From the NCBI GenBank assembly GCA_951406725.2, contig OX597823.1:36642001-36706000 (forward strand): 64,000 nt of DNA, read 5' to 3'. The notes beneath the pieces were generated by a model that saw nothing but the letters and a program-made list of their open reading frames with translations, did no database searches and was not told where the DNA came from. Numbering within the stretch: the first letter of the stretch is position 1; each line of letters begins with the position of its first letter. A program made the translations under genes and the position numbers. Shown in pieces: positions 50,346 through 64,000 of this stretch. The stretch is from Octopus vulgaris (lineage: Eukaryota).

Positions 50346-50459
50346 CACTGTCAGTACAGTGTTGTCTTGTTTCTTTTACTATTGTCCACCTCAACTGTTA
50401 TTCACTCCACTCCAATAATTCTCATACTCTTCACTCACTTATTCTGGTTCTTTTTTGAT

Positions 50460-50501
<42 letters not shown>

Positions 50502-50865
50502 GACTTTGATTGAACTAATATTAATACATCTTAGAGCAGTGGGGACTGCCAACTCCTATGAGTATGCAAGGCTACCCGACCTCTCTTGGTGAGACCATGA
50601 TAGACTATAGTGAAGACATTCTGTAAGCAGGGTGACATGTGGAAAAAATGAAGGGTGAAGTGGATCTATTTATCTTCTTTTGTTGAGGACATGACAGCCT
50701 CTCTAATGTTGATGTCATAGATTAAATACACTCAAAGCACTCTGCAAAGGAATTAGTAGTTGGAGGGGCACCTGACTGTAAGAGCAAATCTTCTCACCAA
50801 CAAAACTGTAACATGAGAAGTGGAATAAAAGGATAATGATGTTGATGGTCACATATACATGTATA

Positions 50866-51388
50866 CGAGGTCTGATTAAAAAGTATCAGGACTGGTGCTA
50901 TAGAAAAGAACATGACAGCACGTCAATTTGAAGTAGTCCCCTACTAAAGTCACACACTTTATTCAGCATTGTTTCCATTGATGGAAGCATTCCTGGTACT
51001 CCTTCTTTGGGATAGTGAGCAGCTACATTGTTATATTCTCTTTGATTTCCTTGAAATCTCGAAATCTTCCACTGTGAAAATGGAGCTTTGGCGTCAGGGT
51101 CATAGCCATAGGTCCACAATTTGTCACCTGTTTGACCATTTTCAAAGAGTTTTTGTCTTCCTCAACACAGTCAAGGAGATCCTGTGCTGCTGAAACCCAA
51201 TCTTCTTTCTGAGACAATCACACTCTACATACTAGCACTGCTATATACTATAGAAGTGAACAAGAAGGTTATAACTTGGTGTGTGTATGTGCATGACAGA
51301 GTTCAAAGTCAATCTGTGCCCAGCAACTTCACTCTCTGTATTTTAGATTTGTTATCATAGCAACAATCCCCATACTTTTTGATCAGAC

Positions 51389-51392
<4 letters not shown>
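50866..51392 (-). mobile_element. Non-autonomous mariner derivative (527 bp)
   Basis: TA|cgaggtctgattaaaaagtat ... atactttttgatcagacctca|TA; minus-strand WTYGYDPDAKAPFSQWK motif. Confidence 0.88.
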
Positions 51393-51433
<41 letters not shown>

Positions 51434-51936
51434 ATGTATGTGTGTATACACGCGCACACATGCCAGCATGGAAAGTGGACATAAAACAATGATGATAAAG
51501 CACGTGCACACGCAGAGAGAGAGAGAGAGAGGTGGGGGTCTACCTCTTCCTTTATCATAGATAGACAGAAAATACTATTTGCTAACTTTTGCTGAGTGTC
51601 CATGTTGTGTGTGTGTGTGTGTGTGTGTGTGAAATGGTTATGAAGAAACACTTGTCAATGGATATTTATCTGATTATATAAAGGATAGCTGTATGTTGTT
51701 TGTGTTTTTACTAGATTTATATCTGTACACATGTATGTAAATTTAATTATCAATTTCTGTAGTGGTTTATTTTATCTTTTTTTCTTGAAGTTTGTTGATT
51801 TATATATTGATAGAGAATTGAAAAAAAAAACATTGTTTAGAATTATTCTCTTGTCTGGGTCCTTATGAAGTAGTGCCTCTTAAAGTACTGAACTGCTTGA
51901 ATTAGCTGAGGAAACTGAAAACTTAGAATCAATTTG

Positions 51937-52035
51937 ACAACTATATAACAGATTTATAATGACTATATAACAAGTGTATGGTGACTATATAACCATTGTG
52001 TATGGACTATATGAGAGGTGTATAATAGTTACTGT
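51937..52035. repeat. Short minisatellite, unit ~22-24 bp, ~4 copies
   Basis: gactatataac...gtgtatggt recurring. Confidence 0.7.
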
Positions 52036-52755
52036 ATTCAAGTATTGGGGTCAGTGTAATTGACTTGCCCTTCCCCTCAAAATTTCTGCCCTTGAGCCGA
52101 AATTTGAAACTATTATTATCATTATTGACAGCAGGGTGGTGTGTTAGAATTGGTAGAGTACATACCAATCTGCTTTTAAGCAACTACTGGCCATCCATCT
52201 CAGTGTAAACTAGGTTTCACATCTTCTAGTAGATATACTGACCAGTCCTTATCTTAGATATAATGACCTGTTCTATCTTCCAGTTGATCAGTAAAATTAT
52301 AAAAGGGATTTCCTGCATGATACACTGGTGCTGCAAGTGGGCCCCTTAAGGTGGGGTAATAAATTTTGTATTGGTAATGGATACAAAGGGAGCAGGGCTG
52401 TGGAGCAACAGGTAGAAAATCTGTACAGCTTTTTAGCCTGTCCCCTATTTAACTATTTCTAAAAAATCTAAATATATTATGGCAAACTGCTTGTTAGCCA
52501 CCATCATAGTGACAGTAACAATAATGACATCATCAACTATAATATTCAACTTCTAAATGTGAATGAATGAACAAAACTAAACATATGCAGCCTCTGCAGG
52601 TAAATTATAAACAATAAAGACTAATGTATAAATTTAAAAGACACTGTCAAACTTGAAGCTGTTTCCATACATGCAATAAAATCAGCCACTACACTTGTGG
52701 TATTAAGTAGCATTTTCACTTGATTGTGTGTGTGTGTGTATTCATATGTATATAC

Positions 52756-53072
52756 GTGCTGTGGGCATGTAACAAACACCATCCGATCGTGGCCGTTCGC
52801 CAGCCTCGTCTGGCACCTGTGTCGGTGGCACATAAAAAACACCATCCGAGCGTGGCCGTTCGCCAGCCTCGTCTGGCACCTGTGTCGGTGGCACATAACA
52901 TCACCCCCTACACTCTCAGAGTGGTTGGCGTTAGGAAGGGCATCCAGCTGTAGAAACACTGCCAGATCTGACTGGCCTGGTGCAGCCTTCGGGTTCCCCA
53001 GACCCCAGTTGAACCGTCCAACCCATGCTAGCATGGAAAGCGGACGTTAAATGATGATGATGATGATGATGA
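52756..53072 (+). mobile_element. RTE-clade LINE 3' UTR fragment with (GAT)n tail
   Basis: Two ~62-bp repeats, then tggcgttaggaagggcatccagctgtagaaac...cggacgttaa(atg)n. Confidence 0.9.
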
Positions 53073-54193
53073 GGTATAGTTAATTTTGCTGATTGGTAGC
53101 AAGGGAGCATTGAAAAAGTATTAATAAAAGGGGAAGAATCACTTGTTAAAAACAGTTTGAGAAGCTTTGCTCTGCCAGTAATTTTGGATCCAAATTTTTG
53201 ATTTGTTTATTTAGAACTTAATTTCAATTGCTAACTTTACTTTACAGTTAACCCTCTGATCACCAACTTCCCTTTTAATAGGCTTTTGATATTTATTTTT
53301 GTTTTATTGATTTTATACAAAAGAAGGAACTGTGGTTATCCCCAAAGATCCTGCTAATCTTCTCAGATTACTAGGTTCTGTGTTTTACTAGGGCAGTTGA
53401 AAGTTGATGGCTGCAAAGAAAACATAGACATGGTGGGAATTCCAGAAGTAGCTTCACACTAATCAGTCAGATGGTCTTATTTTTTTTATTATTCTCTATA
53501 TTTTTATTATTAGTTGTTACTAATGGGAAAAAAGTCGTTTTTACTAATCAAAATTCCTGTTTACGTAATTAAATATTTGTCTCACCTATTAGTGCCCCAA
53601 AAATCTAATTAGTGTTGCTATTATATGAAAGCTTACCTGTTTATAATCAATTTCTCATTAGAGATCCTGATGTTTATATATCTTATCTTAATTCTTTCAG
53701 CCCCAACCCAGATATTGATTTTTGTGTCTTATATTCCGTTGATTTTGTTATTGTTGTAAGAGGCCATGGCTTTTCTCTCCAGTCAGAATGTCATGAACTT
53801 AAAGTTCCACCTGAATGCGTGCACGCATGCACACACACACACTTACACATGCACACACTTTTTCTAACTTAAGCAAAAACACACATTTTCTGGAGTGAAG
53901 GGCGTTTATTTAATGGACTACATCCACACCCCACCCCACCCCAACCTCGTGTTTTATAAGTTACACTAAATCGAAGTCAACTAGGATTAAAACTCAAGAT
54001 TGGTATGACATCAAACTAGAACTTTGTGTTATCTCTGTTACTTTAAACTAGAACTGCCTGTTGAACAAGGGAGGTAACTCTCACCATGTCACTAAAAACT
54101 GGAAGTTTTACTTAATACGAGCGATATTCTAGCCATTTTACCTTTATTTTGCTTCTTTTTTATTGATATATATTTACTTTTCCCACCACCCAA

Positions 54194-54249
<56 letters not shown>

Positions 54250-54384
54250 GTCCCCTCCCCTTTGTACCTTCAGTAGAAAGGATTATTATTATTATTATTA
54301 TTATAATAAAAATATGCCTCTACAAAGTTTTGGTGGCTGAGAAGGAAATCGTCAGTCATGCAGTTATCCTATATTTCTAATTGT

Positions 54385-54441
<57 letters not shown>

Positions 54442-55288
54442 GTGTGTGTGTTGCATAAATACTCACAAATACGCATGGGAACAGTCTTACACAACTTTCA
54501 ACGTAAAATTAAGATTTAGAAAGTGTTCTTAGTGCTTTTGCTGTTGTACTATTTTGGCTTAGTCAGTTTATATTCCAGTTACGATCCCCACATCAAGCTG
54601 TTCTATTTGCTTCACTCATATCCTTTGGCAATGTATGAATGCCACAACTTCTGGTTTTTCTTCCTAAGTAAATTATATCTGTTTTATCTCTTATGCTGTG
54701 ATGAGTCATATTAATTTAACATTTCTAAATATTGTACTTACCTCGTACTATATTTATACTACAGTCATATGGCAGTTATACTACACTACTGTTCAACTAT
54801 TCTGTACTCTACTCTTGCTACACTATGTTGTCCTCTACCCCTGCTACACTCTATTCATGTTGTTGTATACTGTACTTTATTCCTGCTGTACTGTACTGTA
54901 CCCTACTCATGATGTAAGTCTTTCTTGGAAGCTAATGTTTTTCTTTTATTATTATATTTGTTGTAAGTAAGGATGATGGATTGTGGGGTAGGGTGTGACT
55001 CAACAATGATAGAACTGTAGAGAAACAATACGAAATAGTATGGAAAATAATATGAACAATGATAGAATTATTGAGAAACAATATGAAATAATGTGTGAGG
55101 TCAAGTGTATCTGTTTAGGTTGATGGGAAATGGTTTGGGAATTTGTAATTAATCTTGCAGTATTCTTGTTATTTTTCTCTCCTTGAAGTGTTAGCTACTT
55201 CTTTTTTGTCAGTGATAAATTGATTGTCTCTCACTCTTCCCCTTCCCTTTTGTTTCATTTCTTTCTCTTCTTAATTCTTCAGGGCATA

Positions 55289-55290
<2 letters not shown>

Positions 55291-55334
<44 letters not shown>

Positions 55335-55344
55335 TGTATGTGTA

Positions 55345-55382
<38 letters not shown>

Positions 55383-55392
55383 TGTGCGTATG
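55291..55392. repeat. (TG)n microsatellite
   Basis: Direct reading; one of more than 25 di/trinucleotide arrays in the window. Confidence 0.95.
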
Positions 55393-55547
55393 TGTTGCAA
55401 TGAGTCATTGTTATGTTACCCTCAGCTAACACAATTTCTCCATCTCCCCTCCTTCCTTCTCATTCCTCTTACCTCACCCATCCACAATATATCGATGTTA
55501 CATGTTTCCATTGTCTTAGAGGAAACAGCAGAAGAAGAAGAAGAAGA

Positions 55548-55593
<46 letters not shown>

Positions 55594-56750
55594 TTTCAAG
55601 TATTTTTCTACCTTCAACAAGTTTTAAAATGTGATGTCTAGGATCATTACAATGCTTAATAAGCACAGCAATTAGTTGTAGTAGTAATAATAGTGGCAGT
55701 AGCAGCAGTATGCATTTTTATTATGAAATCAACAATTGTAATGGTCACCACAAACACACACACACACACACTCTCTCTCTTTCTCCTTTAGTAAACTAGA
55801 GATCAATTCGGTGTGGAAAGTAAATATTTCATTATTACATAAAACACAGTATATTTATTTCAACCCCAGGTGGGAAGAATCGATCAACACTAAGGAAATT
55901 TCTATAATTTCTGCTAAGTCTGGGCCATTTGTTAAACACTTGTAATAATGCTACTTATACTACTATGTTACTATTAATACTTTTATATTTGTTACTACTC
56001 ACAGAAATAATAATGCTACTAATATTACTATATTATTACTGGTATTGCTATATTATTAGTACTCATAGTAATAATGTTATTTCTATGGCTAGAATTAATT
56101 TTGAAATTCTTAAGAAGTTGTAGTATTTATGTTTTTATCCTAATGTGTAAAATAAATGAAATAGATGTTCACGTCTGGTTGCTTACTAGGTCTTTACAAA
56201 AATATGGTCCTCATTAGATAACTGTTTACATATCTTGGACAGTGCTGCTGCTCTCAGTGCTGCCATGCATACACACACCTCTTAGATAAAGGACATCCAT
56301 TTGATTGCCAAAGATTCTCCAATAATCTAAATGACCATAGTTGATACATTATTTTGGTTTATCTCTTCTGTTGCTACCAGAGCAGTTTCAGTTCAACATA
56401 TCACCACCAACACCTCCTCTTCCATCTCCTCCAGGAAAGCTCATTCAATGTACCAGTCTTTCTCCTTGCCTTCTTATCCTCACTTTGCCCTTATCTCCTC
56501 CTTCCTAAAACCTATACATGAAATAGTTTTCAATCATTCCTCCTGCCTGAAATTCCACCCTCTGGCTACTGGCACCAAGCTACAAAGCTTAACCTGAAGT
56601 TCACTCACATTGATCTCATCAACTAGAGAAAATCTTAGAGAAGTTCATCTGTACTCTTCTTCCTCCTTATCCAGAAAAATTATAGTTAAAACTTACAAAA
56701 AAAAAAAAAGTGCATTTTATTCAGTGAAAAACCTATTATTCTGTTATATA

Positions 56751-57790
56751 GGAGGGTAAGTCTTGTTTCTGTAATTTTTTAAAACAAAGCAGGGATTGAG
56801 CATTATCATTTTTTGACATAGTTTCCCTGCTTTTTGATGAACTTATTCCAGCGGTCTATGAGCTTCCCTTTTCTATCAAAGAAGAAGGTCGCTGACTGGT
56901 CATGCAGCCATTTATGTACGGCTTCCTGCACTTTTTTTTACTTGTAGCAAATTGATGACCTTGTAAAGGATGTCTGAATGGTCCAAAGAGGTGATAGTCT
57001 GAAGGCGCAGAAGCTGGGCTGTATGCAGAATGTTCCAGCAACTTGAGACCCAATTTTTCAATGGTTTCAATTGTGTGGGCAACTGTATGTGGGCATGCAC
57101 ACATTCTTGTGCAACAGTAACACCTGCTTTCACAATAGAGCTCAGCATTCGGTGAAAATTGCTAGTTTCCATTTGTTGACCAATAATATAATTTCACTAG
57201 TGACTGTAGACCCTTTTCCAGGTAAAACCAGTGTATGCCCTTTTGCATCCCAAATAAGGGTTAGCATCACTTTTTCTACTTGAATCTTGAATTTCTTTTA
57301 TACTGGTAATTCTGGGTGATTCTACTCCACACTATGACTTTTGGAGTCTGGCTCAGTGATGGACCCAAGTCTTATCACCAGCGACTATTCCCTCCAAAAA
57401 AATTCCACGTTCTTTGTTGTAGTGGTCAAGTAAGTAATGCACTTCAGTAAGCTCTCTTTGCAGCCCCACTTTCTCAGACTTTATGGAAGCTTTATAAAGC
57501 TTGCCATGGATGATTTTTTTTTTCCAGAACCCTGACTGATTTGCAGAGAACATGCTGTCTTAATGACATTCTCTTGTCAATTTGCCAAAACCATCTCTTG
57601 AGTTTGCTGACTCTTCACATCAGTGGTGGTGGTTAATAGGTGTCCTGCTCCCACTTTGTGCTTCACATTTATCTGGCCATTTTTAAACTTCTTGATCCTC
57701 TCATACACACTTATATGTGATAGAATGCTGTCCCTATATTGTACCAAAAGCCTGCAATAAATTTCAGTGCCTGGCATACTTTCAGACCAG
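56751..57790 (-). mobile_element. Mariner-like (DD34D) transposon, decayed, 5' TIR not found
   Basis: TA|ggaggg terminus. Minus-strand SVYERIKKFKNG, FLEGIVAGDKTWVHH, LLEHSAYSPASAPSDYHLFGP. Confidence 0.88.
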
Positions 57791-60469
57791 AGACATCAGA
57801 CAGAGACACTGCCAGAGCAATCAAGGTCAAACCCCAGTCATGTAACCACAAGTGTACCACCTATTAGTACATGAGTGCTGAAGGCAATGTGGCCAGCCTC
57901 GTGTTGGTGAAAGTGTGGATAATTTTTTACTTCCCCTCGTTGTATTGCTGCTAATAATAATTTCTTTTTCTTGTACATACACACATCCTGTTCTGTTAGT
58001 AAACCAAGTTGATTTGTCTCTTATATGACTGGAGTAATTAGCACAGGCAATATAAAACCCTAAGCAGAGTTTAATTTCTAACATTGTTACTGTTGACTTC
58101 GTTACCTAACACTGACACAAACAATATTTAATCCTTGGAATGGTCACCTCACTTCTATTTAAACAAATATAAGACAGTTGATCTCTCTTTCAGAATGAAA
58201 CAAAAATACATTTTCTTTGTGTTGAAATTCAGATTTTTTTCTTTTACAGTAAAATTGATAGAAGGATAATCTTAAACTTTGAAAAAAAGCTGTCAAACCT
58301 ACTGGTATGATAGTGATTAATAAAGTAGATTTATGTCATATGGGATTAAGGAAATGACTGAAATGTTGAAGGATAAGAAATATTTATGTTAAATGTGTGT
58401 GTGTGTAAATTATAGTAACTTTTTCTTATCTCAAGGGTTTGAATCTCACTTGAAATTTCATATCATATTGGTAATGGAAAATGTTTATTTTTCTACCATG
58501 GCATTGGTTATACAACACCAAAGTCTTTGAATATGATTCAGCTCTGTTATTTCCTAGTTTTGGAGGTTACTTTTATAAGAGGTGTCTTCCTCTATCAACT
58601 CAAGTTTCTTATCCAGCATTTATTGTTTATTCACTACATATCAGACCACCAGAGTTCTCCTTTCTGGCAACACAAACCATTATCTTCTTACACTCAGTTT
58701 TTCTTCTACTTTAATCTTGTACATCCAACAGATTATGCTTTAGACATTCCACTCCCATCACTGTAGACCTGGGACATTCAATGCTGCCATTTTTTTTAAA
58801 ATAGAAAGATGTAATAATGTGTGAGTATGTAGGAGTTTGTGGCTTTTTTATGGTCATAATTCTGTATTAAAAACAAAACAATAAACAGTTTTGCATGTTT
58901 AACAATACAATTTTAAACACACACACACACACACATGTGCGTGCGGGCTTATGTGTATAGCTGAAGTTATTTTATTTCCTATTACTTCAGATATTATCTT
59001 CTTTTATTCTGAAAATCCAGACTACATCTGTTGGTATATTTCTTAAAAATATATTTCTTTTATCCTCTTATATTATTCTCTCTTTTTTCCCTTCTTTGTT
59101 TCTATTTTAAACTGTTTTTAACAACCATGCATGTATGATGCCAGCTGTTTCTGTTTTTGTGTTTTTATTGAAATTCTTGAAGCTAGAATGGAAATAGAAT
59201 TAAGTTGTAATCCTTGAGCCAATCCACTTCAGTTTTATTTGAGGATGACTGACTCATCATTCTTGGATTTTATTCATTTCAAAATAAAAGGAATTTTGTC
59301 CAGTTATTCTAGAAAATAATAAAAACTTGCTTAATAAATACTTGAGTTCTTTGTTACAGAACCAGGTGACCTACCTATGAATTTTAATTTAATTTTATTT
59401 TGTTCAGTGAAACAAAAAAACTGATCCTCTTCTTTTTATCTTATTAACAATATCTTAGTTTATTTTTTGTCTGTATGACTTATTGTGGAATAATTGGAGT
59501 TTCTTGAAATGAATGTGCTTTTGTTGTTGTTGAGAGATAAATATTGAGATTTCCAAAGAAAAGACAAATCCTTGTGTAAAATGAGAAGATTGATTTCTTT
59601 GTATTACTTTTTATTTGGTTCTTATTTTAAAAAAATTACCAACCTAGGGGTATGGATTATTAGAACTGTAAAAATGTGGGACCAAATACCTTGTGGTGTT
59701 TATTTTGCTTCTTTGCATTTTGAGTTCGAATTCCATCTATTTAGGTACCTGGTTTAACACCAAGTAAGGTTTTCAATTTAAGGATATCTCCCTCCCATCA
59801 ATCTTGGAGGCCCTGTAAAATCTTTAATCTTGGAGGTCCTGTCATGGGTATGGTTGTCTCTCCTGATTAAAAGATGAAAAGGCACTGTGTGTCATGGTGT
59901 GTTGCTATATTCGCAATCAGCTGAGTCTTACTTCACCTTTCCAACTGTCACCTGTAACCACTCCACTTAATCATTAATGTTCATGCTCTGCATTAAAATC
60001 ACTATTTTCTTGAATCAAACGTATAGTTTTTATCATAATTGTTTCGAAAAGTCTCGGAGAAGTATAAAGATGATGAATAAAAAATTGAAGTCTCATATAA
60101 CAAGTGCTGAAATTGATAGTTATTGACAAGATGTTGAAAAAGTGTTGGATTAAATATGATTAATTAATTACTAAACCTTAAATCTCTTGAGAGATCAGTA
60201 AAATAAGTAGATCACATGAAAGCTAAAAGCAGCTTGAGTATAATTTCATGGATAAGATATTTTTGCAGCAGAAAACTGACTGGATTCTTCCATTTGAGTT
60301 CTTTCACAACAGTTTCTAATACTAAAAAGTTAGGATAAGCTGTTCTTCTGTTTGTTTTATTTGAAAATTATATATAATGATAAGGAAAACAAGCCAAAGC
60401 AGTTAGCTATTGTATTGGATGGAAAGATTTTAGTACGACAGCATTGCATGTTATTATTATGTTTTATCT

Positions 60470-60822
60470 CGTATTTGTTTCAGTATTGGACTGTGGCTGT
60501 GCCTTGAAGGGTTTAGTTGATGAAATATCCCCAGTACTTATTTTTAAGTTTGGTACTTATTCTTTTTGTCTCTTTTGCCAAACTGTTAGAGAGTTGTAAA
60601 CAAACCAATGCTGGTTGTCAAGCAGTGTGTGTGTGTACATGCATGCGTGCATACATGTGTGTAAAAGCCTTCCATACAGTCTCCATCTACCAAAATTATT
60701 CACAATGTTTTGGTCAGCTAAGGGTTTTATAGTAGAAAATACTTGCTCCGGGTGCTATGCAGTGGGACTGAACTTGAAGCTATTTAATTTCAAAGTGAAC
60801 TTTTTAACCACACAGCCCTGCC
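60470..60822 (-). mobile_element. SINE family A, degraded
   Basis: gtttcagtattggactgtggc...catctaccaaa...gtagaaaatacttgc...gtgggactgaac...taaccacacagcc. Confidence 0.75.
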
Positions 60823-61920
60823 TGCTAATATTATTTTATTCATAAATATATTTTGCTCTTTGTAGATGTTTGCAGTTCAGATTTGTAATTTGATTGTAAT
60901 TACTAATATATAAGTTTTTTTTTTTTTTTGCCTTATATTTATTGCAGTCAGTCTTTTAATCTGAAATAGAGGAGGAAAAGTAGGAGTGTCTTGAAGGACT
61001 GTCCATAGTTGGTCTTTGGTTATTTAACTCTCATCTGATTCTCTGAAATTCTGTACAAGTGTTTTGTCATGTTTTGGGGTAGTGCACAAATGTTCATCGC
61101 AGTTAATAAATATCAAAAAAAAGAAAGTGTCCTGATGCAGAGATTTATGCTCCTTTTCCTTAATTCCATCAGAATTTACTTTTGTAAGTAATGATTGTTT
61201 GGATTTATTTGTGAATAAAAGCCATTGATGGTTTGTATCAACAAAAATGAATGATCGAATTTTAGAGAAGTTTGTATGTTGACAGAATTCTAACATTTTA
61301 GGCAGGACCTTCTTGAGAGTGGAAAAATGAGCGCTCTTTCTCTGTGTTAAATATTACCAAACTTGGCCCTTTGCTGCCACATATTTGGGATCGACCTCAT
61401 GTATTTTAATTCAGAAATTGATATTTGATCTTGTTGAGCAATGAGTTCTTGAAAATCCTGTTTAGATCCACTTACACCACTTAATTTGATGACCAGTTTC
61501 TATTGTGGAAAAAGCATTGAAACAAAATGATTTATTGAGAAGTGAATTTGGCAATTCCATTTGCAAAGCAACACTTATTGAACCTATATTTTAGATGATG
61601 TAAAAGATGAGTGATCCTGCATGACTGAGGAGTGGTGTAGGATACAATGAAAACCAACTTGCCATGTGGAACTCATAAACATTGTGTGATTAATTATAAA
61701 TTTGTTTGCAGATCTTGTTATGTGGTCCACTGTTCAGTTAGTATCAATCTGTTTAAATGCATGTTTACTCCTGCACATGATAGCTAGATGTATATATGCA
61801 TATGTACATACCTGCATTAAACACTCTGTATTTTGTGTGAATGGATGAGAATGTGTCTATAATGGAAGGAAGGTTTTTATGATACTTTTGGAGTATCTTC
61901 TTCTTCCATTAAAATTATTC

Positions 61921-62252
61921 TGTTGATTCAAAGAGCTGGAAATACGAAGAATGAAGTTCTCAGGCAGAGTAAATTCAACAACCGTTTATTCACAGCTGCT
62001 TCGTACAAAGGGTTTTCTTTCAGTAACCATCTTCACAGCAGTGCGTAGTTAGCCTTCTCTCTCATATACATGAGGTTCAATAACCTCTGGAGACAATGCA
62101 TTTGGTATTACAGTGGGACAAAAGTCCACTGTGAGCTCCTGGCTTCGAAGTCTTGCTTGGCTTCAGCGTTTTAGTTGTCTTAGTTGTTTATGGTTTCAGG
62201 AGAATAGGGGTGACAGTGACTTTGAAGTTTTCGCTTCATAGCCTTTGTCACA
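61921..62252 (-). mobile_element. Possible solo-LTR-like fragment
   Basis: Minus-strand AATAAA followed by a GT-rich tract (caacaaccgtttatt on +) and locally higher CpG; termini and TSD not confirmed. Confidence 0.2.
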
Positions 62253-62282
62253 TGTTCTTTCTCTCTCTCACCCCATACATAC

Positions 62283-62320
<38 letters not shown>

Positions 62321-62950
62321 CAAAAACCAAGGCATGATGAGTATCTCAAGTCATTTAGAGTATTCACAGAAGTATGGACCAACTTCCATACCCTCTGGAA
62401 GATGAGCTGTGAACTTAATCCTCCTGTCAATATTCTGCTATCTACTGCTTTACTCTTTATTCCTCTATTTACTGTTTTATTCCTTTATAAACTGAATTCT
62501 CTGTCTAGAACTTTCATACATACCTGTCTTGTCTTTGATGACGGAATACCCAGTATATAGAGATGTTAGCCTATCATTTGAGATATCTCAGAAATAGCTA
62601 TAAGACATCCAATAATTAATTGATTAACTATTTCAAATTCACCTCACTCTAATTAAATACTCTAAATGGCTTGAGATACTGACCCTGCCTTGGTTTTTGT
62701 TGTCCTTTTTCCTCAAATATATACCTGCTAACTAGGAAGCCTACTATAGATCTCTAGCTCCAGCCTCAGCTGTGAACTTGGAACTTAACGGATGACCAAG
62801 CACTTACACAGTGTACCTATTTGTTTAGATCACCAGTAATCTAAACCCCTCATATTGTAATGTCTTTGCAGATTTATAAAGCATTTTACTCTATCTCCTG
62901 TATTCAAGTACTATTTTTTCCACCTTGTTTCACATTTATGTGATTACTCT

Positions 62951-62985
<35 letters not shown>

Positions 62986-63726
62986 ATAGATACATACATT
63001 CATTTATAGCTCCTCTACTACCTTAAAAATACTACTTCTACATCTACTTTGATTGAGAAATTGAGATGATAGCAGGAAGAAAATCTTCCGGCTCTATAAA
63101 CAAATATTTCGCCTAACAATGTGTGTGTGTCTGTGTGTCCGTCCATCTGTATAAAAGAAACCTTTCTGCACAATATAAAATCTGAAGTATTTAAAAGGAC
63201 ACCCCATCCCCCCATGTGCCCAAAATTAATCTTATACTAAGTTAAGATATTGTAAAAAGAAACTAATGTCTTTCTGTCTTTCTCACTGTCTCACCTTGAC
63301 TTATGTTGCTGTCTGTCTATCATCTCTGTCTGTCTCTGTTGATGCATGTCTGTCTGTCTTCTCTTTCTCTCTCCTATATAATATAATAATAACTGCTTGT
63401 TTTGTTCACTGCTCTGGAATTCTGTAGGTGTAAGATCTCTACTAGTAATGATGATGATGTTGTAAGCTTTCACTCTGCATGTTTATAACATCAAGCTGAG
63501 ACCTGCTACTTTACACCTTCGATTAGCTTTATTAGTTTCATGTTGTTATAACTTAACAGGGCAGCAGGAAGAGGGGAGGGGGGCTATTTTTTTCTGTTTC
63601 TTTTCTGTCGTGTTATTTCTTTTTTGTTTTAGTTTCAATCAAATCTGACAGTTTCTTCCCCCACACTAAGATAGAGAGAGATATAAAATGACAAAACAAA
63701 ATGCCACACACTCAGGTGTGTGTGTG

Positions 63727-63771
<45 letters not shown>

Positions 63772-64000
63772 ATACAGTATGTGATATATCAGATAACTTT
63801 TGGTCACATGTTTTTGAAGTCTTTTCCTTGCAATCCCTTGCTATTGTCTTGTTACATTTTTGATGTTCATAAGTGTTAGAGTATGCACATGTACATGTGT
63901 ATGTATGTAAATACTTGAGTGTGTGTGTGTACTTTAGTTAGACAAAATAATAGAAATACCACTTTATATTTGACATCTTTCTGTGCGAAATGGAACTGAC

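Noticed and set aside
52590-52606. AG|GT recursive site (ctctgcag|gtaaat)
   Set aside because: Lacks a real polypyrimidine tract; similar weak hits at ~630, ~1353, ~34520 and ~48162 lie in repeats or have poor donors.
55209-55666. Low-complexity ORFs (CVCV, THTH, ERER, YIYI)
   Set aside because: Translations of microsatellites; most ORFs in the supplied track are of this kind or antisense to TE remnants.

Overview
AT-rich eukaryotic genomic DNA with no supportable intact host protein-coding gene. The SINE families, RTE/R4 LINE remnants and dense microsatellites resemble, from memory, an Octopus (coleoid cephalopod) genome; this is an inference, not a database result. The window is a transposon graveyard: Helitron remnants (a composite non-autonomous element at 1-1552, a frameshifted PIF1-like helicase at ~7195-7893, a head-to-tail pair at 36.5-37.1 kb), a decayed hAT/Charlie transposon, a Ty3/Gypsy pol remnant, four mariner copies, R4/Dong, RTE, CR1-like and Penelope-like LINE fragments, two TTAA-flanked MITEs, and dozens of tRNA-derived SINEs. 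The + strand looks T/G-rich by eye, consistent with a long + strand intron. The most notable observations are a strong candidate recursive splice site (branch point-pyrimidine tract-CAG|GTAAGT at 45721-45728), minimal hammerhead-ribozyme-like motifs, a 60-bp exact local templated copy at the 5' junction of an RTE insertion in a (TA)n array, a recent 448-bp tandem duplication, and inverted SINE pairs that could form ADAR substrates. I could not establish a wholly new biological system from sequence alone. All coordinates were read by eye, and boundaries of degraded repeats are approximate.
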